Source: Antedon mediterranea (Eukaryota > Animalia > Echinodermata). From it: a DNA stretch of 64,000 bases. The position numbers were made by a program, and so were the translations under genes. The stretch is from assembly GCF_964355755.1 (NCBI RefSeq), contig NC_092674.1:21390001-21454000 (forward strand), given 5' to 3'. Every line of letters begins with the position of its first letter. The stretch's first letter is position 1. Below, in pieces: positions 12,101-24,520 of the stretch. The notes below the pieces were generated by a model. That model saw only the letters and a list, made by a program, of their open reading frames with translations. It ran no database searches and was not told the origin of the DNA.

Positions 12101-13625
12101 GAACAATAAATGCCCGGGGCGTTTAATTGGATACACTAAACTAAAATGTCCCATTAGACTGAATATAAATGTATACCTTCTGATCAATTTGAGACCAAAA
12201 TTACTTCGCTGTGACCAGTGGTTGTTGAGATTTAAGGACATATTGGTGTTTGGTCTTATGACCTTTCACCCTGACCTTTTGACCTTTCGCCACATTTTCA
12301 AAATGTGTAACCAAGCCAAAAATGATTGTTTGACCACCCTAAACCAATTTCTGAAGTCAAATTCTCTGGACCTCAAAGTGCATACGAAAGTTGATCTAGC
12401 TACTAGAGTAAAAGTTGCGCTTTAAATTGGATAGCTAAGAAACAGCGTATACTGCAACGGCAACCCTGGCCAAAGCGCGTTTCGGCCGCCTGTACATAGA
12501 ATGGGTTACGGCCGCTGCATATCAAATTCAAAGCTTCTTAAATTTCTGCGGTACATTTCTTGTTTTATATAATATATTGATAAATATTCAAATTATTAAA
12601 TAATTTAATAAATCGGTAAAATTGACGTTTCGAAGCAAATATTCCATGATGAGAGGCGACATTTTTCGACATGCCTCGTGTGCGGCGAAGACTAGTTCAG
12701 AAAATGGAACAGTCCACTGCGGGGGTTATCCAATCATAAATTAACGTGCTAATACATGCATATCATGCACATTGCCTGGGCGACGGTAATTTGGTAATAA
12801 GCGTAGAACTGAATCCCCCGTAAGGAAAATGGTAAACACTGATATTTATGGTAGGGATTATTTTTTTCAGGGGTTGGTCTTGTTGGCCTCTTTGCACGAG
12901 GTCCACGCAAAGTCAAATAAAACGATGTGTTTTATCAAACAGAAATATAAATTAGCTTCAATTCAATACTAAATTAGCCAGATTTTGATAATGAGAAAGA
13001 CTCAAAAATTCAATTTTTATCGTTAAAATTGACATTTGAGGCGGATGTACATAATAATAATAACCGATTTACATATCAAAATAAAGAGTATTTAAAGCCT
13101 GATAACATGCAACAAAAATTACTCCACCACCTATTATGGACCTCGTGCGATCGGATGTGAAAAGTGTTTTCCAAAGTTATTTTTAGCGCGCACGGATTTC
13201 GGCTCGCCGGCTTTTGTACCTCATTTTTAACTCGCGTTTTCTATTAAAATATTTAATAATAAACATAGATTATAAATATATAAAATAATCCCTTAAACAA
13301 GATCTTTCCAGGCATATAATTTTTATTCTCGTGGGTACATAAGAAATAGTATATTTTTAACTTCAAAGACACGTCACTTTTTGAAATTTCACGAACGTGT
13401 TAAAATCGCGGTAACGAAAATCAGGTTCATTGGGATACCTAATAATAATATAAATGTAAAAGAAATAAAATTTAAAAAAAATACATGCATTATTTATTTA
13501 ATAAACATTTTTTCGAATTTTTATGGTTTTTTAAATTTGGCTAAAGGATTTTCAATTTGGCTAATGTCTTTCAAAACCTTTCGCCATTTTGGCGAACGAA
13601 AATTTGACCTTAGCGCGAGCGTAGC
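9154..13625. mobile_element. Non-autonomous DNA transposon with 16-bp TIRs and 3-bp TSD (PIF/Harbinger-like), hosting nested elements
   Basis: GCTACGCTCGCGCTAA (9154-9169) pairs with TTAGCGCGAGCGTAGC (13610-13625). CTA lies on both flanks; removing the element restores ATCCCTAGGG, the adjacent 20-bp repeat motif. Confidence 0.7.
9715..12408. mobile_element. Nested foldback element with long inverted arms, flanked by TA
   Basis: 9715-~9983 is the reverse complement of ~12140-12408 (the ORF track shows the same peptide at 9697- and 11898+). A second inverted pair lies at ~10637-10950 / ~11830-12136. Subterminal GACCTTTGACC repeats are present. Confidence 0.8.
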
Positions 13626-13627
13626 CT

Positions 13628-13697
13628 AGGGTATTTAGAGGGCTATCCCTAGGGGATTTAGAGGGCCATCCCTAGGGGATTTAGAGGGCTATCCCTG
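13628..13697. repeat. Short tandem repeat (~20 bp, GGGATTTAGAGGGCTATCCCTA x3)
   Basis: Three tandem copies are directly visible. Confidence 0.8.
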
Positions 13698-15814
13698 GTG
13701 TTTTGAATGCCCATAACCATACATCAGATGATCGCGACAAGTCATGATCAATTGTTGTATTTTTATATTGTTTAGCTAATCATCATCATCTGGTATGTGG
13801 AGAACCATGTTGGGCTCAATCGATAGTCTAATGCGTTCAGAACAATGTTAGTCATATTACTAAGTAGTAGTTGGGCCCAATCGTCCGTGGTACCGATCCC
13901 CCATCTGTTCCCCTTATTTAGCTAGTAGACCCCTACCTACACGCACGGCCCAGCTACTAGGGCTCTACTGTACTTTTGCATAACTGGGCATAAAACTCAC
14001 TCACCATCACCGCCACAGGTGGGTAAACCGATCATTTCTTATGTAAATGGAGATAGTATGGAGCGCCGTTCGCCAATATATAATAGCCCTGTCGTCTTTA
14101 AAAAGAATTTCCATCTATAAGCCTACAGTACATTAATTAATAATAATATTATTATCAGGTAGGCCGAAATAAATAATAAGAACTTCTTATTTCGAGGAGC
14201 CGAATCACCAGATGTACCGAGTTACTACTCACTGTGAGTATCAACCAATCACAAACGGTCTTTCTTCACATCTAGGGAGGACTAATAACAAATGATTGAG
14301 GGCACTATGTATGCATAGTTTAGGTGATTAATTTCTTCAAGCAAGTTGCGTAATGGTGTGGACAAATCGTCGCAAGTTCAAGTCTCAGTAGATGACTTTT
14401 GTTTATTTATCACCAAATGTTGCCACACGAAAATTACAGTCAATATCATCGCACTCGAGAATTTGCTGGAATTTATATGACTCGGACATGCTAATTACGC
14501 GAAAATTACTCACTCAATATCATCGTACTCAAGGATATATACGATTTACGATCCTCGCACCGGTAGTCATGTGATGCAGTTTCAACCAATCACGTTCACG
14601 TATTCAGGGAAAAATTTAATTTTAAAATTTTGTTTAGCAATATTGCTAATCAAACTGATTTTTGAGTCTAGAAACATAGTTTTCTATCGTATTTTTTGCT
14701 ACACAATTGTAGAAATGTGTAGCAAGAAGGTTGTTTTGTATAGCTTTTTGCTATGCTACACTGGCGAAATTATTCCCTGGTATTTACTATACTATAAGCT
14801 AGGCCTAATTTTTCAGAATATAAAATTTAATAGAAATAATTATAATATTGTATGTATAGGCCTAGGCTAAATTATAACATTTTCGTCCATTGTTTTCTAC
14901 CTACCTTTTTTTCCCTTGAAAAATATACATAAGGCAAATTTGGCATGCAATAAACGCGACCGATTCGAAGCGCGACCGCCGATTTCAAACGCGACCGAAA
15001 TGATCTTAACACACACACAATCAGAGGTGAATGTTTTTAAATTGGGTAAGCTCCAAAGTGCTGTAGCACCATGGGATGGAGTAAAGAATATTATTCTTTA
15101 CTCCATGGTAGCACCCTAGCTAGGTAGTAGTAGCTAGATAAATTACTAAATAAATTAGCCCCAAATGATGTACTGTACTTACTCATAAACAATTGTTACA
15201 GATGAAATTAGAAACGCTATATTTCTTGATCAAAAGCTATGCCTAGGTAGGTCAAAGTCTTCGTTAGATAATTCTGCATGCTGTTGAGAGGATCGGACAC
15301 ACGCGCTGCAGCATGATATGCAAAACACAACAAAGAATTACACTATCCTTGACGCGGACGCGACGATGATGGCAGCAAATTCCAGAAAGTTTGGTTTTTC
15401 ATTGTTAATGAACAAACAAATACTGCTTTATTCTTTATATCAAACCAACAGTGTAAAACACCAATAACAGGTTGAAAATAAAAACTGAACTATAAAATAT
15501 GAGCCAATAAAAATATATACAAATGAAAAAGAAAATTTAAATAATTTCATTAATAATACATTTAAATTGAGAAAAATTACAGTTAAAAATATCTAAAGAA
15601 TTATCTTTTAAAAGACATGAATTGTACAATGACGAGAGTCTACAGAAAATACCATTTTTACAAACATTGACACGAGAATATTTAACATGAAGAAAGGGTT
15701 TGTAGTTTATCAAAGTATATTACTGTAGTAACAATAATATCATGAGGCACAGAATAAATCTTAAACTGCCCGGTGATATACTGAAATGTAATTAATTAAT
15801 TTGAAACGAGGAAA

Positions 15815-15888
15815 TCTGTGGAGTTTCGAACCCGGAATAGAACCTTCTGCTTGATATGCAGATGTCCTAACCATTACACCAGACACCA
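15815..15888 (-). pseudogene. Degenerate tRNA-like sequence (tRNA pseudogene or SINE head)
   Basis: Minus strand GGTGTCTGGTGTAATGGTTAGGACATCTGC-ATATCAA-GCAGAAGGTTCTATTCCGGGTTCGAAA carries A and B boxes and an anticodon stem, but no acceptor stem. Confidence 0.5.
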
Positions 15889-16069
15889 GTTAAGCTGAAC
15901 CATTTTAATGTCGATAAAGTATAATTATTAGGGTTTTTTTATAATTCCTTTGTTGAGAACGTTCTAAATTTTTCATTTATATGCTGGTTTTTAGTCTTAG
16001 GGTCAATGAGAGGAACTCACTACAAAGAATTGTTAACTTAAGTTCTAAATTAATAGATTGTCAACTTCG

Positions 16070-18789
16070 TAGCGGTGGCGCCAGGATCTTTCCGACGCGG
16101 GGGCTAAATTCCCCGACGGAGGGGCTATACGAGCGAAGCGAGCATCGGTAGGCTGGGGGCCAGGGGCCGACAAGGGTGGGGACCCAGGGGGCGACGCCCC
16201 CGGAAGCAACGCGTTATAGCGTAATTTGAGGCCGTTTTAATCAGATTTAGGGTAGCCAACTTTTTCCATTTTGTATGGTATATAGTATAGTATATAATAC
16301 TGTGCGATAAAACACATAGCACGACTGTGTAAATCCATTCTTTCAATTTTAAAAATGAAGTTCAATATGCCTATCATATAGAAAATATACGCGAACGTAA
16401 AACTTCCCACGAGCCAAGATGTATATCGTTATAATAGTAGCCATATGTTGCTTTTTGGTGGGGGTGCGAAAATTGTAAGTGCGCGAGACTAACACCCATG
16501 GGCTGATCTGTAAGAACATTTTGAAAAATAGAGCTGCTAGGTCCCCGAAAATTGCAATTATACATTGATATATGAAAAGAAATTACAAGTCTACCAGAGA
16601 ACCAGCCCACCGAGGTTGAGATAGAGCTAAGAACATTTAAGCAAGTAGAGTTGTTAGGTCCCCGGAAATTGGATTATAGTATTTCGAACAAAAATAAACA
16701 AAATATATACGTCTCCAGGACCAGGGGGTTGAGCTGCTAAAAAAATTGTGAAAAATAGAACTGCTAGCTACCTGGAAATTGCACTTATAGGCCCATATTG
16801 ATAAATGAAACGAAATTATAAGTCTACAGGACCAGACATTGAAATATGAAACGAAAGTATAGGTCTACAGGACCAGCCCACCATGGTTTTTTGTTGGAGC
16901 TAAGAACATTTTGAAAAATAGAGTTACTAGGTCCCGGAAATTTTACGTATTATACTTCGAAGCATAAAACAAACTATATACCGGTACGTCTCCAGAACCA
17001 GCCCTACCATGGATATGGAAAAGAAATGAAAAAAAAAGAGAGCTCTATGTTCCCAGACAATGCACTAACTGTTATTGCACATCGAAATATGAAACGAAAT
17101 GTATAAGTATCCATGACCAGCTCTATAATTGGGGACGATTGAGCTAAGACAATTTTGAAAACTAGAGCTGCAGGTTTTCAAAAACTACACTTACAACTTT
17201 AAAAAATTCAGGCCTAGAGGACTAAAAAAGTGACCCTTTTTACCTTTTATTTGGAGGGGAATGCGTCCGCAAGCTTAGACCATTTTCCTTCGGGGAAAAT
17301 CAGTTTATTTCCCAGATGTGAATCTGGAATTTCGATGTATGATGAGCAGTTCATGACATACAGGACATTGGAAATGTAATAACTTAGCTATAATAAGATG
17401 TTGGAAAATGTTTGTTTAGTGATGTAGGCGAGCCTACAGTGAAACGTCTATTTTAGGTACCCCACGGTACAGGGTTAATCGTAAATAAAAACAAGGCCAA
17501 CAGCCATTAAGTCGCGTGCTACAATGCATAGTGATACCGGACCGACAGACAGACCGACAAACAGACCGACAGACCGACAGACAGACAGACAGAGAGACCG
17601 ACTGACCGACATAGTGCAGTGAACTATACTGACCGAAATTACTGAACATGTTTAAAAATGTTGAAATGTTTAAAAACATTTATTTTTTTTTAATTTACAC
17701 GTGCGTAGCCTGTCACTTTCGACGTGCTCGTATAACGTAATTTCGAGTTGAAAAGTAAGTCAAGAAAACAGAAATCGGGCAAAAAGAGTGCGCAATAACA
17801 TTTAACGCGCAGAGCGCGCGCAAAAATATGCGCACTCATGGCAATTTTGTAAACGCTTAAAATTGCCTGAAATGTACTCTTATTTCATTGAAAATAAATT
17901 TTGAAAATGTTAAGCGCGCGTACGCATGCGTTACATGCGCTACGCACGTAATTGTATTGCCATATGATGATTTATGCCCTGAAATTTATGAGTACCAAAT
18001 TTTATTTAATTGTGATTCATGGTTGTGAAGATATGATTACAAACGTGATTTCGTTAAATCGTGCGTAGACCGCGTAATTTTTTATTGCGCACCGTGAAAA
18101 CATAACCACATTGATTCCTGGCCATAAGGAATATACTGTGAAAAATTGACCTAGCTAGATTAAACTGATATCAAGATAAGGTCAGAAAGCGATAAAACGC
18201 ATAGTGATACCGGACCGACAGACAGACAGACCGACAGACAGACCGACCGACCAACATAGTGAACTATAGAGTCGCTTCCACGCGACTAAAAATAATAGAT
18301 CGCGAACATAATTCGTACCCTTTTGCTGTATAGCGTACGTCGATACACAGTTCACAACGTAACGCTTCGGTAAAGTTCACCTGGAAACTAACAGTACACA
18401 TTCTGGTCCCTGGATGGAACATGATATCACGCGTAAACCGCAATGGGCCGGGCCCAATGTTAAACGATTCGTACAAAGGGACACCGCCAGACAAGTGCGT
18501 ACCTATTGTTTATTAGATTGCCGGCAATAATGCATGCAAAAAAGTGTAATAGCGTAATAGTGATAGTCCGACGTACTAAAAAAAATGGAACGTCGCGGTT
18601 TTCTAGGCGCTGAAGCTACAAAGTGAACGCGAATGATTTTTACTGTATATTATATTCCCCGACGAAAAGTACTCGCGTTCCCCGACGGACGGGGGGGGGG
18701 GGGGGTGGTGGGTGCTAGGCTCCCCGACGAGGGGGGCTACAGCCCCCGTAGCCCCCCCCCCCCCCCCCCCCCCGCTGGCGCCACCACTG
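16070..18789. mobile_element. hAT-like non-autonomous element containing a nested HINE
   Basis: TAGCGGTGGCGCCAG (16070) pairs with CTGGCGCCACCACTG (18775-18789). CCGACG-GGGGGCT subterminal motifs occur at both ends. No clean TSD. Confidence 0.55.
17488..18292 (-). mobile_element. Helentron-associated non-autonomous element (HINE/DINE-1-like), family 1, copy 1
   Basis: Subterminal inverted repeat AGTCGCGTG / CACGCGACT, a (GACA/GACC)n microsatellite, an AAACAAG+hairpin end and A/T-rich termini. Near-identical to the copies at 28491 and 49818. Confidence 0.8.
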
Positions 18790-18928
18790 GCTTCTTCTTT
18801 CTGTAACATGCACATTCTAGAAAAAAATTGAGCTATTCTAAACAAGAAATATTTCTTACAAAAAACGCCACTCGACATTTCAAAATTAATCATTGTTCTT
18901 TTGATTAATTTATGATTAATTATTAAAA

Positions 18929-20218
18929 CTAGATGGTACGCTTGTTTCGCTCGCGTACCATCTAGGTTGTGCCCACAGATGGTTCTCGAATACACAGTAA
19001 TTTCAGCGTAACAAAACTGGGGATTTCAAATGTATGTACCGCAGGACAATAATACATTTTCGTTTACAGAAACGAATAAATAGACACGATGATTTATGTA
19101 GTCAACTAAAATTAGCACCCTGGGAATTACTTACGAAGGAGAAACTTACCACAAAATGAGTCCAAATTTTTGAATTTGTGTTTTGTATGTAACATTAGGG
19201 TTGAGGGATGGGAAAGCGGATAGGTACAAAGAGGAACAATTTTTAAATATATTCTTTATCCACTCAGTAACGAAATATTTGTTTCATGTTTTATAGGCCT
19301 ATAAATAATATACCTCTAAATACAGTAAAACATTTGCGATTTAATACTTTGTTAAAACTGTCACTGTCATAATCGATTGAAATATTAAAGTACATGTCAC
19401 GATACACCACTACGACGTTTATATTATTAGTAATTATTAATTAATACAAACGTTGAGAAGGAACTGTCAGTATAAAGTTTATTTGTATATCTAACAGTAG
19501 AGCCTATCCACAATCTCAGTAATAACGTTTATTTGTATATATTTGTATATTAGTACATCTAACAGTACGAACATTCACAGTAAGAAATGCTCGATTCAAA
19601 TGAGGACCGAAAATAGTTAATAGGTATTTACAGTATTGTCAAAGTATTGCAAGTTTATTCTCAAAGAGGGCCTATTATTTACCTACCGTATGTGTTAAAC
19701 CAAGGGCTCATAAATTTACCTACTTGTGTTAAACCAAACTCTGGCAGACTGAGAGATTGGGATGTTCCATTCATCGCAAATCAATACATTTGTATAATCG
19801 TATATTAAATCTATCAAAATAGTATTTTTAAAAGAAAATCGGCCTGTCTTCAACATTATGATGCTGTACTCTAGCTGTTCAACCGGTTTTCAGTTATTAA
19901 AAACAATTATCGTAGGAGGAGATAGGAAAATGCGAAGCTTCCTCGCATTTTTGTGGCGGGTATTTTTCAAGATGGACATCCATTAGACAGATCGGAAAAC
20001 ACCCCTATTTGGGGCAAATCGTTGAACCTAAATTCGTTTTAATCGTCAATAACTAATTATCTAACTTAATTTAATTAGTAGACAGGGTTACATCAGGTGG
20101 TTAAAATCAGTACCGAAAGTACGAACCAACTTTATATACCCTGCCCTCGAGTAAAAATTCTAGAAGTAAGGCGCGATTTACCGAATTTTACCCATACGTA
20201 AATTTTATATATAGAAGA
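18929..20218 (-). mobile_element. Non-autonomous Helitron
   Basis: On the minus strand it starts A|TCTTCTATATATAAAA (20218) and ends with a hairpin plus CTAG|T (18929): 5'-TC, 3'-CTAG, inserted at an AT site with no TSD. Confidence 0.75.
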
Positions 20219-20630
20219 TGTCCTTTAAAGATACATACAAATCACAGATAATTCTAATTATGAATCACATACCCATTTTTTCACTAGTTAATTGTATACA
20301 CAGCATTTGAAAAAAGACACGTGTACCTTTCCAACAATGTATTATTTGCCAACAAATTAATAATATTAATCTACTAATTCAAAATTTAATTTTAAAATGG
20401 TCAATTTTGAACTTTAATGTGCTGTAGCCTGTTTGTCTATGACCTCAACCTGAACTGTAGGCATGCAACTGAATACCAACGTGACTTACAAGTGAAAATT
20501 TTTCCACAATATGTTGATTCGCGCCAACCAATCAAAGGGCAAGAATTAAACAAGCACGAATGTGCAATACTCGGGGTACAGCAAAAGAAGCTGTATACAG
20601 ACGTATACAGTTAGAAAGTTAAAGAAAAAT

Positions 20631-20702
20631 AGGTTTCGCCAGGGCTCGAACCGGGACCTTCTGCGTGTTAAGCAGACTTGACAACCACTACACTACGAAA
20701 CC
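20631..20702 (-). tRNA. tRNA-Val(AAC), slightly degenerate (possible pseudogene)
   Basis: GGTTTCGTAGTGTAGTGGTTGTCAAGTCTGC-TTAACAC-GCAGAAGGTCCCGGTTCGAGCCCTGGCGAAACC: the acceptor stem is intact, D and T stems have mismatches, and a T-run follows. Confidence 0.65.
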
Positions 20703-20910
20703 TCTTACATTAAAATTGTGGGTTACAGAAAGTTTTTTAATCCATTTAAATTACAAATAAATGGTAATAAGCACAAAGCAAAATAAACATGTGTAAAAGT
20801 GATAATTACCGATTACACAAAATAAGTATTTAAAAAAATAATAATAAGATATACTGTGTATAATTATCATATTGCGTATACAGTACTTTTCACCATAAAG
20901 TTTAAAAAAA

Positions 20911-20983
20911 AGGTTTAGCCCGGGCTCGAACCAGGTACCTTCTGCGTATAGAGCAAACGTGATAACCACTACGCCAAGAAGCC
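20911..20983 (-). pseudogene. tRNA-Val-derived pseudogene
   Basis: Val backbone with a mismatched acceptor stem and an altered anticodon loop (TCTATAC). Confidence 0.7.
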
Positions 20984-21146
20984 GCATATAACTACATAAC
21001 GCTGTGGTGTGTGTCACACATTGTGGCTTCTTAATTAAACAAATTAATTAACAAAAAAGCACGAATGTGCAATACTCGGGGTACAGCGAAAGAAGCTGTA
21101 TATACAGACGTATACAGTTATTTCACCATAAAGTAAAAGAAACCCG

Positions 21147-21219
21147 AGGTTTCGCCAGGGCTCGAACCGGGACCTTCTGCGTGTTAAGCAGACTTGACAA
21201 CCACTACACTACGAAAACC
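21147..21219 (-). pseudogene. tRNA-Val(AAC) duplicate, degenerate
   Basis: Copy of 20631-20702 with one extra base in the acceptor stem. Confidence 0.65.
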
Positions 21220-21432
21220 ACTTACACTAAAAATGTGGGTTACAGAAAGTTTTTTAATCCATTAAAATTACAAATAAATATGGTAATAAGCACAAAGAAA
21301 AATAAACATGTGTAAAAGTGATAATTACCGATTACACAAAATAAGTATTTAAAAAAATAATAAAAATAAGATATACTGTGTATAATTATCATATTGCGTA
21401 TAGAGTACTTTTCACCATAACGTTTAAAAAAA

Positions 21433-21505
21433 AGGTTTCGTCCGGGCTCGAACCAGGTACCTTCTGCGTGTTAAGCAAACGTGATAACCACTACGCCAAG
21501 AATCC
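21433..21505 (-). pseudogene. tRNA-Val(AAC)-derived pseudogene
   Basis: Paralogue of 20911-20983 that retains the TTAACAC loop; the acceptor stem is mismatched. Confidence 0.65.
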
Positions 21506-22351
21506 GCATATAACCATATAACTACATAACGCTGTGGTGTGTGTCACACATTGTGGATTCTTAATTAAACAAATTAATTAACAAAAAATTAAAAATCCGG
21601 CTCTATAGCTTTGAGGACATGTCCCTGTAGTATGTTCATGCCAAATCCCAGCTCAATACTACAACGAATAAGGGAGGAGTAGTACTTTAAAAATCGCACT
21701 TTTTACTCAATAGTGTCCAGATGGAGGAAGAAGAGGAGAAAATGAGTAAGTCCTAGACTCGGGTACCCCGAGTAAAAACGTTCAACCGTGAGACTCGAGA
21801 CTATTTTCCCAGAAGTTTTTTTGGTCCAGCAGCTGGGACCTATACATTATAGTCTAGTTTCCATTTATTTTAGCAAAACTCTTGGCCTTAGATACTATAA
21901 AGCTACCGCTATAAAACAGCTTATTAATGAATATGTCCTCATGGGACATAGAGGTCTGGCAACCAGAGCAGCGGCGCGAAAATATTAACCATGCCTTGTT
22001 CAGTGATTTCTACGTCGCTTTCGATGCCCGGCATGTAGAACAAACCGGAAAAGGAATTCGTTTTTGCATAGAGATATTATAGTGTATTTCTATGTTTTTT
22101 GCCAGTGGCGATCCGACTCTTAAATTCTTGAACTTTGACTCTTGTTATATTGTACTGTGTATTGTGATATTTTGTATATTTTGTATAAGATCATTTTAAT
22201 CCAGACCTTTTCATTTGAATTGCCCCGTGTGGATGATTAAAGAATTTTGAATTGAATTGAATTGAACACCACCATGGTATTGTGTTTCAAACACGATTGG
22301 AAATTCTTTGAATATGTACGAGGCGCAAATTGAGGCATTGGGCTTAGTTAA

Positions 22352-23905
22352 TTTACTTACTTGTTTACTTGTTTCCCGTACACTTTTCGTCTACGGGATC
22401 GAGGCGAAGCACTCAGTGCTTAAAAGCCCCCTCTTAGCAATAAAATCATATTCTATATAGGGTGAAAACTTCAGCGGGTGGTTAGACCATGCGACGTTAA
22501 GTTTTGCTTTGAACAAGTTCACCGTAGCGCATGAAACTACATCCGCAGCCAGGCAGAGCATTCCATAAGAGAATAACTCTCCTGGAGAACGAGTCCCTCC
22601 TAATATTAAGACGAGAGCTTTTAAACTTGAGTTTATATGGGGGTCCACGGGTCCGAGATTCTAGATCAAATTCAAAAAATGTGTTGATCGAAATACGATC
22701 GAAACCTTTAACAATCCTAAAAACTTGGATAATATCCGCTCTCTGCCTTCGATATCTCATGGTAGGAAGACCAAGAATTCTCAAACGTTGTTCATAAGGA
22801 ATATTACGGTACCTAGGAATCAATCTTGTTGCTCTTTGCTGGACCTTCTCTATTTCATCCTGATCTCGTTTTCTAATAGGATTATAAACAGTGTTACAAT
22901 ATTCAAGCGTTGGCCTGACAAATAATAGACTTATAACAGCTTCAAAAATCCATCTTTATTCAAGAATTTAAAAGATCTATAAATCATTCCTAGTTTCTTA
23001 TTAGCTCTTTTACAAATATCCGCTACATGCAAATTAAAGATTAAACTAGGATCAAAGGTAACACCTAGATCTTTCTCCTGCTTTACCTCATGTAGTAAAT
23101 TACCAGCCATTGAATACAAGAAATTGGGATTATCACGACCATAATGAAATACCTTACACTTAGTGTCATTAAATGGCAATTGCCAAACATTAGACCAATG
23201 GGAAGCACTGTCAATGTCTCTGAAATAAATCCGCATCATCAATGTTATTGACCACTATATACAACTTGGTGTCGTCTGCAAATAAACGTATAGTAGATGC
23301 GACAACATCAGGTAAATCGTTAATGAAGATTGAAAATAAGATTGGGCCCACAACGCTACCCTGTGGAATTCCACTTAATACTGGAGCCTGTGATGATAAT
23401 TGACCATTGACACTAACTCGTTGTGTTCTATTTTTGACAAATAATTTGAGAACCAACCTAGTAGATTTCCCGTAATACCAAAACCTTTCAATTGGACTAG
23501 AAGCCTTTGGTGTGGCACACTATCAAAGGCCTTTTTATAGTAATAGACACAATCAAAGCTATCATGGTTATCCAGGTTAGTAGTCCAACTCTCCAGGACA
23601 TCAAGTAGTTGTAATGCACATGATCTACCTTGTCTGAATCCAAATTGCTCATTGCACAAAAGACCATTACTCTCAAGATACATTACGAGTTTATCTCTAA
23701 TAATCCTTTCCATCATTTTCCCTATGACCGACGTTAAACTAACCGGTCTGTAGTTAGCCGGGTCCTCCTTTTTGCCTTTTTTAAATATAGGTATTACAAT
23801 TGCCTCCTTCCACGATAGAGGGACCTTCTGATCATTGAATAATCTAGTGAATATTAGACTGAGAGGGTAAGCAATTTGATCCTTTAATTCACCGGCTAAG
23901 AAGTT
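22352..23905 (-). mobile_element. 5'-truncated CR1-clade LINE with frameshifted RT
   Basis: ORF fragments read PANYRPVSLTSVIGKMME, KAFDSVPH, GIPQGSVVGP, LFADDTK, EKDLGV and RTRG..KL. A (TAAG)n-like 3' tail lies at ~22352. Confidence 0.9.
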
Positions 23906-24520
23906 GGGCTTACAGGTGGAGCAATGGCCAGTCTTGTTTCTCATTGAGGCATGTATTTGTTTAAATTTCAATTCATCAAAATCGCATTTCGGAAAGTTTA
24001 TTTTTTAACCACCACTCTAAAGCCATGCTAATTTTTGAATGACTAGGGCCCCAGTAGTTTTTGTTATGATCTTTTTAAATTATATTTATTTGATGTTGAT
24101 TTGTTGGATGCCATAATTTTAGTATCACTTGTAATAAAAGTTATCCCCATCGACTAAAACGTTATTAACGCGTCGCGTGTCCAGTGGTTGAGGACGAAAT
24201 TGAATTAAAAAATTATGGGTCTACTGAAATACACACAATAAAAACTGAGCGGATATACGTTACGTACGTCATGAATAATGAAATTAATCTTAACAAAGGG
24301 CCGCGCTGGTCTGCTGCTGTTGCACCACCGCACGCACATAGAATAAACGCAAACGCGCTTGTGGGACACGCACGCACGAACACAAACAGTAGCTATAGGA
24401 AACAAAATATTGACGTAGGTAGAGCATGGAGGTATACCTCCATAAGGCCTGAGACTGAGAGTTTAATTTTATAAGAAAACATTAAGATTAGGACTGTTGT
24501 TATCAATTGGAGGGAACATC

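Larger units (their letters stand above)
20548..21778 (-). mobile_element. HINE family 2 with an internal ~510-bp tandem duplication carrying tRNA-Val copies
   Basis: An AAACAAG-GCAC-GAAT-GTGC hairpin is followed by the subTIR TACTCGGGGTAC (20568-20579). The matching GTACCCCGAGTA (21763-21774) has a terminal palindrome and an A-run. The architecture is the same as family 1. Confidence 0.65.

Noticed and set aside
11898-12425. 175-aa ORF duplicated on the opposite strand at 9697-9900
   Set aside because: It lies in the inverted arms of a foldback element and has no transposase motifs; likely a chance ORF.
18691-18773. Poly-G/poly-C tracts as a functional G-quadruplex or Gly/Pro-rich ORF
   Set aside because: They are part of the GC-rich subterminal region of the hAT-like element.
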